From Antedon mediterranea (lineage: Eukaryota; Animalia; Echinodermata): a DNA stretch of 64,000 nt. Under the pieces are notes generated by a model that saw nothing but the letters and a program-made list of their open reading frames with translations, had not been told where the DNA came from and did not search any database. The stretch's first letter is position 1. Every line of letters starts with the position of its first letter. Location of the stretch: NCBI RefSeq assembly GCF_964355755.1, contig NC_092679.1, positions 20,629,432 to 20,693,431 on the forward strand, in the 5' to 3' direction. Of the stretch, positions 41,101 to 56,220 are shown piece by piece. Made by a program: the position numbers and the translations under genes.

Positions 41101-44100
41101 GTTTCCATCTTCGCCTGTTTTGACAGATCTTGTCTACCAATCAGAACATAAGCAGCCTCTGTCCAGTCACTTGGTGGGTTTTTCTTGCATTCACTAATAG
41201 CCTCCTGGAGCGGCAAGGCTACACCAAATGGTAACCTTTGAAGGTCTTCTAGGGTAAACTTCCTCTCACTCATGTAAACGATGACTCGCTCTGATGGTGT
41301 GAGGGCAGCATGACTTTCACAGAACTGCTCGTAATCAAGGTTAATGGAGCGTAACTGATGACCTAAATATAAAAGGCAAATTACCACTGAATACTATAAT
41401 ATATGTTGATTCTTACCTTATATCTTACCTAATCTAAAGTAAAGAGGCTATGATTAAAACTCACAAGAGCCTCTTCTCTCATAAAAATTGTGTGTTTGTC
41501 AAGGTTGTTTTTAAATGAATTTATACTTTTGCTAGTTAAAACCCATTCAGAAAGTGAATTCCATTTCAATTCAATTCAATTTAATAAACTTTATTGTCAA
41601 ACTCATGAATGGCTTGAAACTTTGTCTGAAAGTACACACATAAAAATTTCCCAAAAACATTTTCGCACAAACAGTAAAAAAGAATAAAATCACATAAAAC
41701 TGAGAACAAGATGTCATATAAAAAGTTAAGAGAGAGCACAAAAAATACAAATTGAGTTAAAAATACAACTAAGATACTTATTGCGTTTATCTTTTCCACA
41801 TTACATTAAAATGCCTCATAGCAGATTATAGTCTGGTGTCAAAAAAGTTATAACGTTTAGTTGATTTCCATCTAAGTTTTTTTAATTTTAATGTGATGAT
41901 TTAATATGATGCTTTATTAATTTCTATAAAGTAAAATTTTATAGTAAAAATACAGTAGAACATTGGTCTTCACACAGGAAAGTGTCCTCTAAATAGAGGG
42001 GGAATGAAATCCCAAAGAATAACATAATATTGAAAAAGAGTAGCCTACCAGTAGCAGACAACCTCCGTACATTTTTAGTCTTTTTCTGCAGACCATACTC
42101 CCACATAAACACAAGATATATCTAAATTAGAAAATAATTAATTATCAATGCACTAATTAACAAACAGTTATTAACGAATTCATCAATTTATAAGATAGGT
42201 AAAATGAAAAAACTAGAGACAGTAAATATAGATATATTTTGGCAACAACCAAATACAGTATTAAGTGGACATTTAGGACCCAACAAAGTGTCTCTGAATA
42301 TAGGAAGGCTGTAGTGTTCTTTGTTTCAATTTCCTCTTAAAAGGGTGTGTCCCCTGAATAGAGGTGTGTCCCTAAGGAGGGGTTCTACTATATTAATGTA
42401 AGTGGAGTGGTAGTCGAGTGGTTAGGACACTTGACTTTCATAGAGAGAGGCCTGGGTTCAATTCCCAACAACTCCCAGTCTTTTGTAAATGAGTACCTGG
42501 TTGAAAATACTAGGGAGGATAAGGTTTCGTGCAAAGGACGGCCACCCAACCGCATAATGCAGAGGCTTAAGTAAAATGAGCTCCTAACAGCTTATTAACC
42601 TATGTTCAGAATTGAATACAGGACCTTTACCTATGTTAGTGGAAATATGAAATTTAATGCCATATCATGTATTTAGTAATAATTATGTTGTGTTATCTTC
42701 AAAGATAAACTTACAGAGATTATCATTTGTAGCTTCTTGCCAATCCCGTTGATGAGTGGGTATGGGTCAACTGGGTTACCATGGAAACACTCCATCAGCC
42801 ATCCCACAAGGCTTGGTGGTTCCGTTGTAATGTAGTTGGGCCATTGCATAATCTTCAAATGATCTAAACAAAAGATTTGACGGATTTTGGTAATTTAGCA
42901 ATATACTTATTAGGTGAAAATATTGGTCAATTAAAATTTTTTTTTTTAACCCATCAGTGTAGCTATCGATTTATGAATGCAGACTATATTGAGAATACTG
43001 ACAAATTAATGAAAAACAGTCTAAAAAAGTACATATTTTAATATGGAGATATGTACAAAATAAAAAATTGTTATTGAGAGGGGTAAAGTGTATTTATAAC
43101 TTACCTGTATGTACCTGTCTCCTATCTTGGCTGAGGTGTAGTACATTTGGGCAGTCCCTCTTGTAGTAATCTATATAATCATCCCATTGAAGATCACTAG
43201 AATTATAAATATATTATTTTTTATTTTTATAAATCATCAATTAAAATGTCAATTATGTCTTCTATATAAATAAATTATTTTGGAGTGGAGCTGTGGCTTG
43301 GTGGTTATGATGCTTGGCTACCAATCTAAGGGTCCTGGGTTCAAGTCCTGTCATATGTCAGGGTTTTTTTCTCATGACAATTTACAACTCCACTCCCAAA
43401 GACTTAATAATAAGTCTTTGTTTATGTAGAGCATCTTGTGTATATGTTTGTTCTAGTGCAGTATATGGAGAGCCATCTCGATAGTGCTTTGCACTCATGG
43501 CAATCCTCAGGGTGCTGCACCGCTGTATTGTCATGTATTGTTGTACCTGAAAAATTTTTATTTTATTTTATTTCACATACATGTGTGAACTAGTACACCT
43601 TACTCATCTCGAAAGATGTACTAGGTTCTTTAAAGTGCACATGAGCTAGATATGTACACTGGACCTACGGTATATAGTCCTTATCCGAGAAGACTTATTC
43701 TACCACCACAACCATGGAGCGAGTGAGTAGTCAATGTTATGGCAATGTATTATGGTTCCACTGTTTAACCCGCTCAGCCACTCACTCACTTAGGTTTAAC
43801 TTTCTTCACAAAGAAACAAAAATGGTGAACTTACGAAACTAGGTGAAACAGCAGTGTTGCCAGGGAGCTGAGTTTCTCAGATTGCAAACGTTCTAACTTC
43901 ATCTCCTAAAAACAAATAAGACTAGAAGGTATAATGTTGTGCATGTCTATTTGGAAATGTTTTCAAATTTATTCACGCAAATTAAAAGCATCAGCTTATG
44001 CGTATTCATATTTTTATTTCTAAATTCCTTTCTGCAATGAATTATAGTTTGAATTTTTTTCAGTATAAAAAATATTACGTTAATCCTATATAGCGCTTAA

Positions 44101-47100
44101 TGCACAAAGCCTCAAAGCACAGTGTGTGCATTTTCTACTTTTTATGCGCAAATCAAGCAGCTCAGTAGACACGGGATGGAAGTAAATATCGCAGCTATTC
44201 ATGGAAAAAATAATAAAGGGGTAGCACGTTTTTTACTCTGCGAAATAACGCTTTATTTTTCTATGATATTAATCAAAGCAAATGTAAACATACCTCATAA
44301 ACAGAATGTAAAGCAAATGTTATAGCAGGAATATACAAAAACAGCAATGCAGCTGTATCTATGCACGGCTGGTTACCGCTGCTGGTTGAGGGCGTACTTT
44401 CCTCTACTGTTGTCATTCCGCAGAAACATGCATTCTTGGTAACCATTAGCTTATGATAGTCTGAAGAAATCAGGTATTCCCAGTCCTACAAAGACAGTTT
44501 AAATAAAAACGATGATAATAGTTGAATAGAGCTAGGGACTGGTGTTCATGGTACTCTCCTACCAATACCATGTTTCTAGGTTCTGATCTTGATGCATTCA
44601 GTCACTACCATTCATTCATTCATCAGTGGAAAATTACATCCATTTATTGTCATTTGCATATAAAATATACATAGAAATTATGTTTGCTCTGAGATATACA
44701 AAAACAGATAAATGAAAAATTAACAAAAACAATTAAAAAGTGTCATATCGGTATACTGACAGGCATTTAATGCCCAAATAGCAGCTGGATAAAAGCAGTT
44801 ACGAAACCTATTTGTACGAGAGATGATGGACCGGTAACGTCTACCATCTCTAAGACAAAGCAAATTTACATGATATACATGATCTTATTCAAAAAATAAG
44901 AAAGTTATGAAATTCAATCAAACTCTCACCTCATTTTCTGTTGAACTCCTATGCTTTTTTGAAGTCAAAACTGGTGATACTGTTCCACCAAAATCTGACT
45001 ACAAAAATATGAAACATTAATTTGTAATTACAAAATATAAACTTTACGTCAGTTTCAATCAGTTTTTTTTTCACTTTAAGAAATGTTACAATATCAAAAA
45101 ATGCATAAACTACCTACCAAAATGGTTAACTGGGCAACATTGTATCCCATCATGCCTAGCAAGCATCGCATAAACAGTTTCCACTCGGAAATGTTGATTC
45201 CACTACTCGGAGCGTTATTTGTAGAATACCAGTTAACCAGAGCTTGGAGAGAGATATCTTTTGGTAGAATTTGCTTTAGGGCATCAAGGCACGACTCAAC
45301 TAAAAGATACAAATTTTAAGATCAAATAGGTAGCTAATAAAATAACGACAAACCATAATAGTTTGTGCATTTATATTTATTTATCTTAATTGTTAATTCA
45401 ATAATGAGAATATTACATAATACAGAAGAAAATATTGATGGAGCACTATAGCTTTGTCTAAACTTTGCGCCCACATATTAAGGCAGGACTTGTACACAGT
45501 GAAGAAAGATATCGTATGGAAAATGAAGAAAGGTATCTGAAAAGAAAATCTAGATCAGCCACTGGAACTCACAGACTCACTGGAAAACGGATGAAATTCT
45601 CTCCAATGTCGTCTCCATAGTCAATCTTGACTGAAGGATGCCTGATGACTACCATATTTGGGCACATCACACCCAGTGCTCTCTAGTATTTATAATTACT
45701 CTTTGTAAGAGATCCTTACCTAAAGGAGATGAACTCATCCAAGGCAGTGACGACTGCTTTAAACTTCCACCTGCCATTTCCTATAAGAAAACAGAATAAA
45801 AAACAAATCTATTTTATCTTTTTGGAAATATCAGTGCCTAGTAACCACTACTGTATGTTTTATTTAAACTTTATTTAAAGAGAGTAACCAGCATCCAATA
45901 TTAAGGATTTTTCTATTACACAAACCAATAAATCTGTGTTGTGATACCTTCTGCAACCACCCCAAAGGTTTGTCTACACTAGTTTGACAAAAAGTGATGT
46001 GCTCAAATATGGCAGTGATGTGCCCAAATATTGTAGTGATATGACATCATCGTGTCCATATTGACATCATCGTGTCCATATTGACATCATCGTGTCCATA
46101 TATGGGCACATCATTTTTTTGTTACATGAAGATTGATAGTGTAGACAGATTTTAAAACAGTTGCTTTTATATTTCTAAAGGCTTGTTCATGTTCAATTAC
46201 ATTTTGATGACCTTGAAACTGCATCAAAAAGCCTTATTAAAATACCAAAAACCTATAGGCCAATACTCACCAACAAAAAGCGGTTATCGTTAGCATCTCT
46301 TAGTCCGATTATGTTACGGTTGACCGGAAACATGAAATCTATGCTGCTGGTGGAGTCTAGAAGTTTGGTGGAATGCTCCAATTGTGGAACAGGTGATAAC
46401 ATAACAATCTAAACACAAACAAGGAAAAAAATGATGAAATCCAAGAACAACCTAAGTTGACGTTTTACAACAAAAATATCCTATGACTAAATAAGTAGAA
46501 ATGTTATGTTAAAATGTTTAATATTTATGTTAAATAATATGTTTTTTTGGTTGAATAAATATTACGAAACGAAACGAAAACTAAACGAATCAAAATGCAC
46601 CCTATCTGAAACGGTGCAAGTTTTGGTCATGTGGTTAAGGAGATTTTGTGTTTTTATTTTTTTGCTATTATAATATAGATACCAGATCACTCTCCTACAA
46701 CTTTCCTAATTAATGAATTGCATACAAGTACATACCTCATCAGCAAGCCCCCTTGCTCCTCCTACTGTGTGAGCGTTTGTCTCTGTGCTATCCAGCGGTG
46801 TACTTGGCCTAGGAAGGCTTGATGATTGAGATGACATCATAGGGGGTATCCCACATATATACACTTTCCCAATCTGTAACAAATTATGTGGAATACCTTA
46901 TTTAGGATGTGAATCCATGTAAACTACATGTGCTGCCTCATCCAGCCTGCCCGGGCTCCCTCTAATTTTTAATGCAAAAGATAGGACCGCCCTTCATTTC
47001 ACCCTTTTTAGGTCCCCCCACCCCTCCCATTTTAAAATCCTGGATCGCCCACTGTCATCCGTTCCTATCTTGGCAAGGCGAGCTCAGCGTCCTGTTGTTA

Positions 47101-50100
47101 GATTACCTTGCTATATTTTGTTGTATATTTACCTTAACTAGGCCTGTATATAGGCTTATACTATTGTTGGTATCCAGAAGCACCATCATGTTCATGCTCT
47201 ATAGAAAAGAACACAACAAAAAAATTGGTTATGAATTAAGTTAATCTAGATTTCAAAATTAAATGAGAAAAAAAAAAGAAAATTCGGTTTGTTACTCCCA
47301 TTCAATTATACTTTTTTGGACGTTTTTTGTAGCAAATTGCCAAGGATAACCATAAGCGAATTCATTCACTATCATCTTAAAGATGGAAATTCTGTTCTAC
47401 ATAAACAAAGTCTTATTACAAGTGTTTGGGAGTGAAGTTGTAAATTGTCATTAGAAAAAATCCTGACATTATGACAGGACTTGAACCCAGGACCAAGCAT
47501 CATAACCACCAAGTACACTCCAAATTCATAGTATTTTGTAACGAATAAAGAAAAATTGATTTTACCTTCACTGAGACAGCATCCCTGGCGGTCAATGATG
47601 TCACTGTTCCAAATATATAACTGGTCCTATCATTACTGGGGCCAAATTTGACACATTTTAGTAGATTATGGATCTCAATTAGATAGCACAAGTAGTCTTG
47701 TCCGCAAAGGTCGGAAGTCAGGAAGACTTTTTTGGTTTTACCAAGAACTCCATCTCTACAAATATATGGTTAGGATTAATTAATGTACTTTTCAGTTGTA
47801 TTGGCACCTGAACTAATGTGAAAATTTGGGCATATAATGCTCTGCCTACACTATCTGATTAGTTTGACATACTAAAGTGTGATTTGATATGGTAGTGGTA
47901 TGCTTAAATATGGTAGTGATGTGACATCATCATGTCCATATATGGGCACATCACATTTTTTGTCACATAGAGTTTGATTGTGTAGACAAGGCTTAACGCT
48001 GTAATTGATATGGATAGTTAACCTTAAATTAATAACTATTAAATAACACACCTGAAATTTTGAGGCTGTTCTGTCCAACAATGATCCATGCACAGAGCAG
48101 GTGCCAACGGCTCGGACACACCAGATGCGCTCTCGTTAAAAACTGACGAGGTGTAAGGCGACAGGCCATAGCGAGCCAATGAATGCGCACCAGGAGAAGG
48201 CGTTGCCAGACCACTTCCTGCCGGAGAATGGGATCGGCTGTAGATGAAAAAAAAGACATATTAGTACAGAGTTATGGATAGTAATAGTGTAAAAATGAAG
48301 ATATGCAATTTTAATAATAGGGAAAGCTAGTCATCTACGATGGGTTGCGATTGTACACACTCTATCCAATATTTGAAAAAAAAAAGACATATACAGTAGA
48401 GTATTGGGGTATGTGTAGTAGTAGTAAATTAAAGATGTATTGTCCCTTTGACTAATTCCAAAAAAATAAAAAATAAAAGATTTCGAAAAAAGGTGGGTCA
48501 TTCTGAAGTATCGTAATAGTTATTAACTATCACCAAAAATTTATCGAAAAAAAAAAAATTTTAACTGAAATACAGACGTTTTTTTGTTAAAAAAATAACT
48601 TTGACTTCCAGTCAAAGTTTTCAATCAAAACATATCCCATAATGAAACGCGCCTGTTTGGCTACTCTGTATGCATAATCATAAAACTTCCTCATGATCTG
48701 TGTGAAAATACCTTCTTAACCGTGACGAGTTGTAAACAATCCTAATTTAGCATATGCATAATGCGTACTCATGGTTTGAAATCTTTGTTTACTTTCGCTC
48801 GTGACGATTTTCCAGATGAAATGTAATCAAACTAATTTACCTGTTAATTACGTAAACTTGTTGTTTTTGGCTCAAATTTTCGACTTAAAGTGAATAACTT
48901 TAATATTACTTTGATATGGCCACTTTAAATTTAGAATATTTTGACCTTCATTTTTTTGTGTTTCAAGGGACAATACATCTTTAAGATTTGCAATTGTAAA
49001 AAAAAAATAGCAATCCAAAGTTGTAGTTATTCTATCTATATGTGAACTTTATTCAATCAATCGTACATTTGTTATAATGGTAACCACAATAAGGTATTAT
49101 ATTACAGTAGATTTTTACAAAAAAAAAAAAAACAAGACCAATATAAATATAAATTATAAAATACTAGATGGCACGCTCGCTTCGCTCGCGTACCATCTAG
49201 GTCGTGCCCACAGATGGTTCTCGAATGCACAGTATTTCCAGCGAGAAAAAAATTGAGATTTCAAATGTACGTACTGCAGGACTATAATACATTGTCGTTT
49301 ACAGAAACGAATAAATATACACAATGATTTATGTAGTCAACCAAAATTAGCACCCTGGGAATTACTTCCGAGAGAGAAACAAAATGAGTCAAATTTTTTT
49401 ATTTGGACTCATTTAAACAAACCCAATTTGTGTTTTGTATGTAACATTAAGGGTTGAGGGATGGGGGAAGAAGATAGGTACAAAGAGGAAACATTTTAAA
49501 ATATATTCTTATCCACTCAGTAACGAAATATTGTTTTTAATGTTTTATAGGCCTCTAAATAATATACCACTAAATACAGTAAAACATTTATGATTTAATA
49601 CGGTACTTTGTTAAAACTCTCACTGTCATAGTCGATTGAAATAGTAAAGTACATGTAACGATACACCACTACGACGTTTATATATTTTTAAATTATTAAT
49701 TAATACAAACGTTGAGAAGCAACTGTCAGTAATAACGTTTATTTATTTGTATATTATATGTTTATAATCTAACAGTAGGGCCTACCCACACTCACAGTAA
49801 TAAAGTTTATTTGTATATATTTTTATATTACATCTAACAGTACCAACACTCACAGTAAGAAATTTGCGATTCAAATTGCGATCAAAAGTGGTTAATACCT
49901 TAAGTTAACAGTATTGTACAGCATTGCAATACTATTTATGTTTATTCTCCAAGGGGGCCCATAAATCTAAATCTATACCTCTATGGTTAAACCAAATAAT
50001 TTGGAATGTTTATTTGTATATTATATGTTTATAATCTAACAGTAGGGCCTACCCACACTCACAGTAATAAAGTTTATTTGTATATATTTTTATATTACAT

Positions 50101-53100
50101 CTAACAGTACCAACACTCACAGTAAGAAATTTGCGATTCAAATTGCGATCAAAAGTGGTTAATACCTTAACAGTATTGTACAGCATTGCAATACTATTTA
50201 TGTTTATTCTCCAAGGGGGCCCATAAATCTAAATCTATACCTCTATGGTTAAACCAAATAATTTGGAATGTTCCATTCATCACAAATCAATACATTTGTA
50301 AAAACGTATATTAAATGTATCAAAATAGTGTTTTTTAAAGAAAATCGGCCTGTCTTCAACATTATGATGCTGTACTCGAACTGTTCAACCGGTTTTCAGC
50401 TATTAAAAACAATTATCGTAGGAGGAGATAGGAAAATGCGAAGCCTTCTCGCATTTTTGTGGCGGGTATTTTTCAAGATGGACATCCATTAGACAGTGTA
50501 TACCACGATCGAAAAACACCCCTATTTGGGGCAAATCGTTGAACCTAAATTCGTTTTAATCGTCAATAACTAATTATCTAACTTAATTTAATTAGTAAAC
50601 AGGGTTACATCAGGTGGTTAAAATCAATACCGAAAGTACGAACCAACTTTATATACCATCGAGTAAAAATTCTAGAAGTAAGGCGCGATTTACCGAATTT
50701 TGCCCTTACGTAAATTTATATATAGATATACAATGATTATTTACAGTAATGATAAAAATAAAAATTTATTGTTTATATTGACTATTATTGGAAACAGAAG
50801 TTGAATAATAAAATACTGGAAAGTTTAGTTAGAGGTTTACAATCAATGGAAAAGATGAAAACATATAATATTGTAAGTATTAAAAGTAGCAGTGTTTAGG
50901 GAGATTACTGTATATTGGCAACAGCCTACAGTTGAACATGGTTTTAGGCAAAAGTTATATATTGATTGATTGAATCGGGCATCACTATAAGCAAAGCTTT
51001 AAAATGTGATGTCCTATGTAACAATTAAAAATTGGAAAAAATAAATAAATAAATAAATTACAATAAAAACAATAACAATTAGTAAATATATATGTAAACA
51101 ATAGAGACAATAAGCAATAATCATAAATGACAGTTGAATAAAAAAATATATAATTTAATTTACAACATATCAAACATAATTTCTGAGCACTTATACTGTT
51201 GATTGCATTTTGGGTATACAGGTATGTCTATGCAGACGCTCAGGTGTTACTGTCATTTAAGTCTATACTTAAAATCTTTAGGGCACAAAGTGTTTTTTAC
51301 AACATAGCTTTATACTATGATTCTTTAGTGATACTCACCTCATAGCAGCCATCTGTGACAGAGCCGGGCTTTGGTGCCTGGATGACACCATCGGAGAACC
51401 ACCTCTACTGGCCAAGTTCCTGAACGGTGAGACACCTGGACTGAAGCTTGACATGCTTAGCCATGACTGACCACCAGAGCTTAACAAGCCGAAAGTACTG
51501 GAGCCATGGCTAGCATAAGGTGTTGTGGACTGGTTTCGGTGGAGGCTTGTTAAGTTGGAATTGTCTATCAAGCCGGTAACTGTATGTCCTTCCTAAAAAT
51601 AAAATGAACTTTTATTTTTAAATGGACATCTTTAAAAATTGGACTTGATGATACATTTGATAAAACATTTACGCATTTTATGACAACCAATTAGTATAAT
51701 TGTCCCAATCAACTAGGTTTTAAGTTTACGAACCTCTGCTTTAGCCTCACGCAACATCCAAACGGAATGAAGGCCAAGAGCCGTGTCAAAGGTCATCACA
51801 AGTGACGGCTGGGTGCTCGTGAAGACAATACACTGCGTGTGATCTCTCATCAAAAAAACTTTGCTAGTTAAGCCAACTAAAAGAAATCAAATTAATGTAT
51901 TTTTGTACAAGTTTGCTGGAAGAAAGTAGAATAACAACTACTTAATCTTTCAATCAAATAGTAGTAATGTGGGTACCTACAAATATGGAGGTATACCTCC
52001 ATGTTAAAAATATTATTTGTATCCTAGACTTATCTACAGCTAAACAGAGACCATTAAACTGTTATCTTATGTACATACCTCCATATCGACTGGCAACTGG
52101 TGCTGGCTCATCAAGAGGATGACAAAGACTGAACATTGTTGGCAGGTTTCCAGAACTTAACAATTAAAAACACAAAATATTATTTTACAGTTTCTATCTT
52201 TCTTTTGATTTTCAATTGTCATTTTGATGTTATTTATGTATTTTGATCTCTATTATTTTCCATACAGCATTAGTGGTAATTTTGAACAAATAGTGGTAAA
52301 ACAAAGAAGACCTGCACTAATACACACATTGATGTACTAAAGATGGATGGATACTGGTATACAAAGAGAGTTTGGGTATGTTCCGTAAAGTAAATACCAT
52401 AAATAAATACCTTTTTGGGCTAAATACTTCCTCGGAAGTGATTGCCCTCTCAAAAAGTAAACCGTTTTTAATTTTCCAAGCTTGTGAAACCTGTAAATAA
52501 AAAGTAAAAATTACATATACGAGGCGCATACGATACTGGTCTCTCTCCCCCAAAGGCAATACCAGGCCTGGAAATGCATATATGTAACTTCAGTCAATGA
52601 CGGCCTGATGTACTCAATTGCAAACAGCTAACCTTAAAGCTCAGGTACAGGCATGAATTTTAAATATAATATCGGGTTAATTGTACATAAATCAAATATT
52701 TGTAACAGAAATCAAGATGAAAAACCATGAATTTCCCCTAATATGGCCAAATACAAAATTTTGCAAAATTCTGACAAAAAAACCAGGAAGACTTTTTTTC
52801 AGTAGTTAGGTAGTTAACATAATGTAATAACATTTCTGGTGACTCCCTAGAAGGTGAAAAAAGATGGTGGATATACGGTGGATAATTTTTGCTATAGCAT
52901 GAAAATAAAATTCTGAAGTTGAATAAAAATACCAGAAATGTAAAATTCAAGTTATATTACCTATATTTAGTCATCTGATAACATTTTTTACCACACCATT
53001 TAATTTTCATAGCTTTTTGAAATGCCTCTCTATTTTCAAAATTTGTGTACAAAAGAATAGAGATTTTACTGTGTAATTTTAACTATCCCCCCACTGATAT

Positions 53101-55518
53101 GAAAGTGCTAATTTTCAAAAAGCTCCTGTAACACAAATAAAATCCCAAAAATTATGAAACAAGGGGAAACTATAGATCGATAATTATTGGAATGCATGAT
53201 CAATAGAAATTTTTTGCCCGCACCTGGCCTTTAAACAAGTATATATTTCATTTGGCCTTAAGTATGACGGTGATGCACTGGTGCTGAAGGAACACTGATT
53301 TGATTATGTAATATAAAATTGTACACAAAGTCTTGTATTGTTAATATACTTACTTGGAATGGTAAGGCTGCACAGAAATCTTCCCCTTTGTCTGTATATA
53401 CGTTCACAGCACTTTTATGTGTAATGGCTATCGTGTGGATAATTTCTATAAAAAAAAATATTATATAGATTACACATCAGCAGTAATATCACGTATGACC
53501 CAAGCCCATCATCCAATGTTGAGATAAATTTATGTAATATTTTGCATAAAAATCATTTGAATTTCAGTGGATGATTGTGTTTATATCTTCAGTATTACAA
53601 ACACAGATTAAGAAATTTGCAAATTGCATATTTTTATTTTAGTTCTCCAAAATAAAATGTGACTATCACATCACATGTACATTGAATTTTATAATTTTAG
53701 TTAAAATATACTGTAATGCATTCATACCATACCTTCTGTAGAATTACTTGTTGACATGAAATCACACCACTGAGCCTAAAATGAAATAAGATATATTATA
53801 TAACACCTATATAAATTCCTGTCATTTGATTGGACGAATGTGGGTCACATGGCGTGCAATAGTACGCACTATTCAACGATCGTTAAATAGTACTTTTTGA
53901 AACATTTTTGTGTACGAAAAAAAAACGTCTAGATGTTATATAAAACAAATAATGAATGTTTTGTATTCGTGTAATGGTACAAATAATGGCACTTGGTGAA
54001 TGATGAAAGGTTATATCAACTCGGCTTTGCCTCGTTGATATAACCTTTCATCATTCACCTCGTGCCATTATTTGTACCATTGCACTCATAAACATTCATT
54101 ATTTGTATAATATGTTTAAGATTTTAGTATGATGACTAAATTATTACAGTTTTTATCCAGCAAACTACAAAACATGTATGAAATTAAAGTAGATATATAT
54201 AACACCTAAATAAATTCCTGTCATTTGATTGGACGGTTGTGGGTCACATGGCGTGCAATAGTAGATTTAATATCATAGTGCAACATTCTACAGTTGTAAT
54301 ATTGGAGTAAACTTTTGATTTATTTATGGGTGTAAAATGCAATTGTATGACCCTCTATACGACCCAGGTCATAGGGTTCTGAAACAGATTCTATGAACGC
54401 AAACAAACATATAATACCAGATCAAAAGATATTCTAAGTTAACATAAGGCAAACACTGAGTACAAAAAGAAAAGTTTCTAGTATTCTGGTGCAAAGCTAT
54501 GGAATAGTTTAAATGCTATAAACTCATATTCAATTACAGCTCCTAATATACATATATTTAAAAAAAATAATAAATGACCAAAGATAAGATATACTTGAAA
54601 CTCTGTTTTTCATGAAATCATTTTTTTTTTTGTATAGTTTTTTTAATCATTATGTACTGTAAATGATAACTTGTGTAAATAGTTTTGTAGTTAGTAACGG
54701 CCTTGTAAAAAACACCAATCTGGTGATCCAAGTGTTGCATCCGTTTTTAAATAAAGTTGTTATTATTATTATTATGCGCTCATCTACAAAAATATTGACG
54801 CAGTGCATCAAAAAAAAAAAGTGGTAAGTCACATCAATGAATAATGGTGTGTTGATGTCTGTCACTTTACCACCCACCATATCATAAACAACATGACCAC
54901 AGTGCGTCAAAATGGGTGCATCATGGTCACCTAAGGGTAAGTGACCTTTGGATTGACTGACGAACATTGGACAAATGATGCACCTCTCTCGGTGGTCGTA
55001 CTGTATAATATAAAATTATTACATCACAATTTACCAAATTAAAATTTACCTGTATAATGGGAAAATTGATTGTGAATGTTTTGTGTACGACCCTATGACC
55101 TGGGCTCCCTTTGCTCCAAACAACTGTGGAACCATGTATGTACAGTTCTTCGTCACTCACTAATTTGTCGCTGGTTTTCGAGCTCCTCAAACGCCAAGTT
55201 TCCTGGGGAAAAAAAGGTGACTTTATGTGTATTTCATTCTAACTAACTCATAACTAGATTATATAAACTTGATATTTAATAAAAAAAAATCGAACAAAGT
55301 AAAAAGATTTTTTTAGATTTGCCTGTTTGGCAGAAAAAAATATAAATAAATTTCACCTTCAGTTTATCATGTATGCGGACATCTCGGAACGCAGCAATGG
55401 GTATATCGGCATCGTGCACTGGGCTACTTGGACGACTGAGGCTTAGGCCGCCAGGATGTCGTCCGCAGAATCCTCGGCCAAATGGGACAAAGTCTTGCGG
55501 ATCACTGGCGGCAATCAT
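27859..55518 (-). CDS. ANAPC1: Anaphase-promoting complex subunit 1 (~46 coding exons)
   Basis: Starts MIAASDPQDFVPFGR (55518-55357); EELYIHGSTVVWSKGS (55202-55050); PTMFSLCHPLDE (52155-52079); LPFGVALPL..C...PPSDW..AY.LIGRQDL (41362-41082); PIPKLNLTGKAPP..WPSFHNGVAAGLKI (39694-39494); GTMD..KMLSIHIPALLPPTSTELDV (37803-37619); NVTSPGATLALGMMF (~36090-36220); MAGTGDL..YGNHMATHMAIGFLFLGGG..FP.HSNDNR|YHLQALRHLYVLA (32369-32149, 31713-31596); last exon GGNFKLPKMYVALKELKLSVPTIMLIMQTFQCSR* (27962-27859). Some internal exon boundaries are approximate. Confidence 0.95.
27938..28221. repeat. 143-bp tandem duplication spanning the last ANAPC1 splice acceptor
   Basis: atctttggtaacttgaaattacctcctaaaaataaaccag...ctaattgaa begins at 27938 and again at 28081. 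Confidence 0.93.
29865..30070 (-). mobile_element. tRNA-derived SINE (family also at ~38770-39058, ~43285-43410 on +, ~47420-47522)
   Basis: Minus-strand head GTGGAGCTGTATGTGGTTGG ... GGGTTCAATCCTGAC (B box). The 38770 copy has about four tandem 24-bp repeats of the B-box segment (38886-38990). Confidence 0.7.
33119..34724 (+). mobile_element. Helentron/HINE-like non-autonomous element
   Basis: Ends with an A-run, CAATAACAATAGGTGATC and the short hairpin TAGGTGATCATTT..AAATGATCACCTA; internal TGACCTTGAA and GGGTCAC motifs. Left boundary is approximate. Confidence 0.45.
42402..42632 (+). mobile_element. tRNA-derived SINE
   Basis: GTGGTAGTCGAGTGG (A box) ... GGGTTCAATTCCC (B box), GTAAATGAGTACCTGG core and ACCTTTACCT tail. 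Confidence 0.7.
49164..50726 (-). mobile_element. Non-autonomous Helitron
   Basis: On the minus strand A|TCTATATATAAA ... GC-rich hairpin (CTAGATGGTACGC...GCGTGCCATCTAG) ending CTAG|T: 5'-TC, 3'-CTAG, inserted into AT with no TSD. Contains an internal ~265-bp tandem duplication (~49744-50272). Confidence 0.85.
54290..54590 (+). mobile_element. Degenerate 3' remnant of a CR1/L2-type LINE ORF2
   Basis: TAT TCT GGT GCA AAG CTA TGG AAT AGT TTA = YSGAKLWNSL at ~54482-54511, typical of the C-terminal motif of CR1/L2 ORF2; the surrounding frame is broken. Confidence 0.5.
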
Positions 55519-56042
55519 TGTCTATATTATTATTAAAATATTAGCAATAAAAGATAAAAAATTCAAATGTTTAACATTATGAAAAATTATAATATAATAC
55601 TACAGAAATAATACAGAAATTAGTTTAGGGTCTAAAATATTTTATCCATCTATCTACCTACCTAGGCCTAGTACTGTAGGCCTAGTTAGACTAGGGTTAG
55701 GCTAGATAGAGAATTCAAATTTGAAAATTAATTTTTTTTTTTTTATTAATTTTAATTGAAAAAAATAAATATGCAACCCAAACTAGCCTACATAAATAAT
55801 TATTCATTGAATTGATTGAATTTGCTAGCCTGTATCATTGAGTTATTATTATCATATCTTATCATGCCCTTTTTCTAAAATTCAGTTTGGCTAGGCCTAC
55901 TGAACTCCAGGTCATCCCACCAGTCATTCACACAGCCTCATCGAGCAATCTACGCTTCGCCTAATTAATTACGCCTAGGCTAAAGCCTAGCCTACTAGGT
56001 AACCTTTCTACGTTTCACAAATAACCAGATTATAGAACTTAC

Positions 56043-56220
56043 TTCCTCTTTAGATCCCGCCAATTTTGCTGATCCTAATTACTGTTGGTAACATGAAAAT
56101 TAATCGTTGTAAATAACAGTTTAGGAAATATAGTTTGGATAAAAATGTCTACGAAAGATGAGATTTTTCTTTCACACACAATTCAATGGTCCCGCGAAAT
56201 CCTTGCCAGGCTGCCCAATT
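56043..56220 (-). promoter_or_regulatory. Putative non-coding first exon and promoter of ANAPC1
   Basis: GTAAGT donor at ~56042-56037; E2F-like TTTCGCGGG at ~56198-56190; TAGGCCTA clusters in the following intron. Confidence 0.45.
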
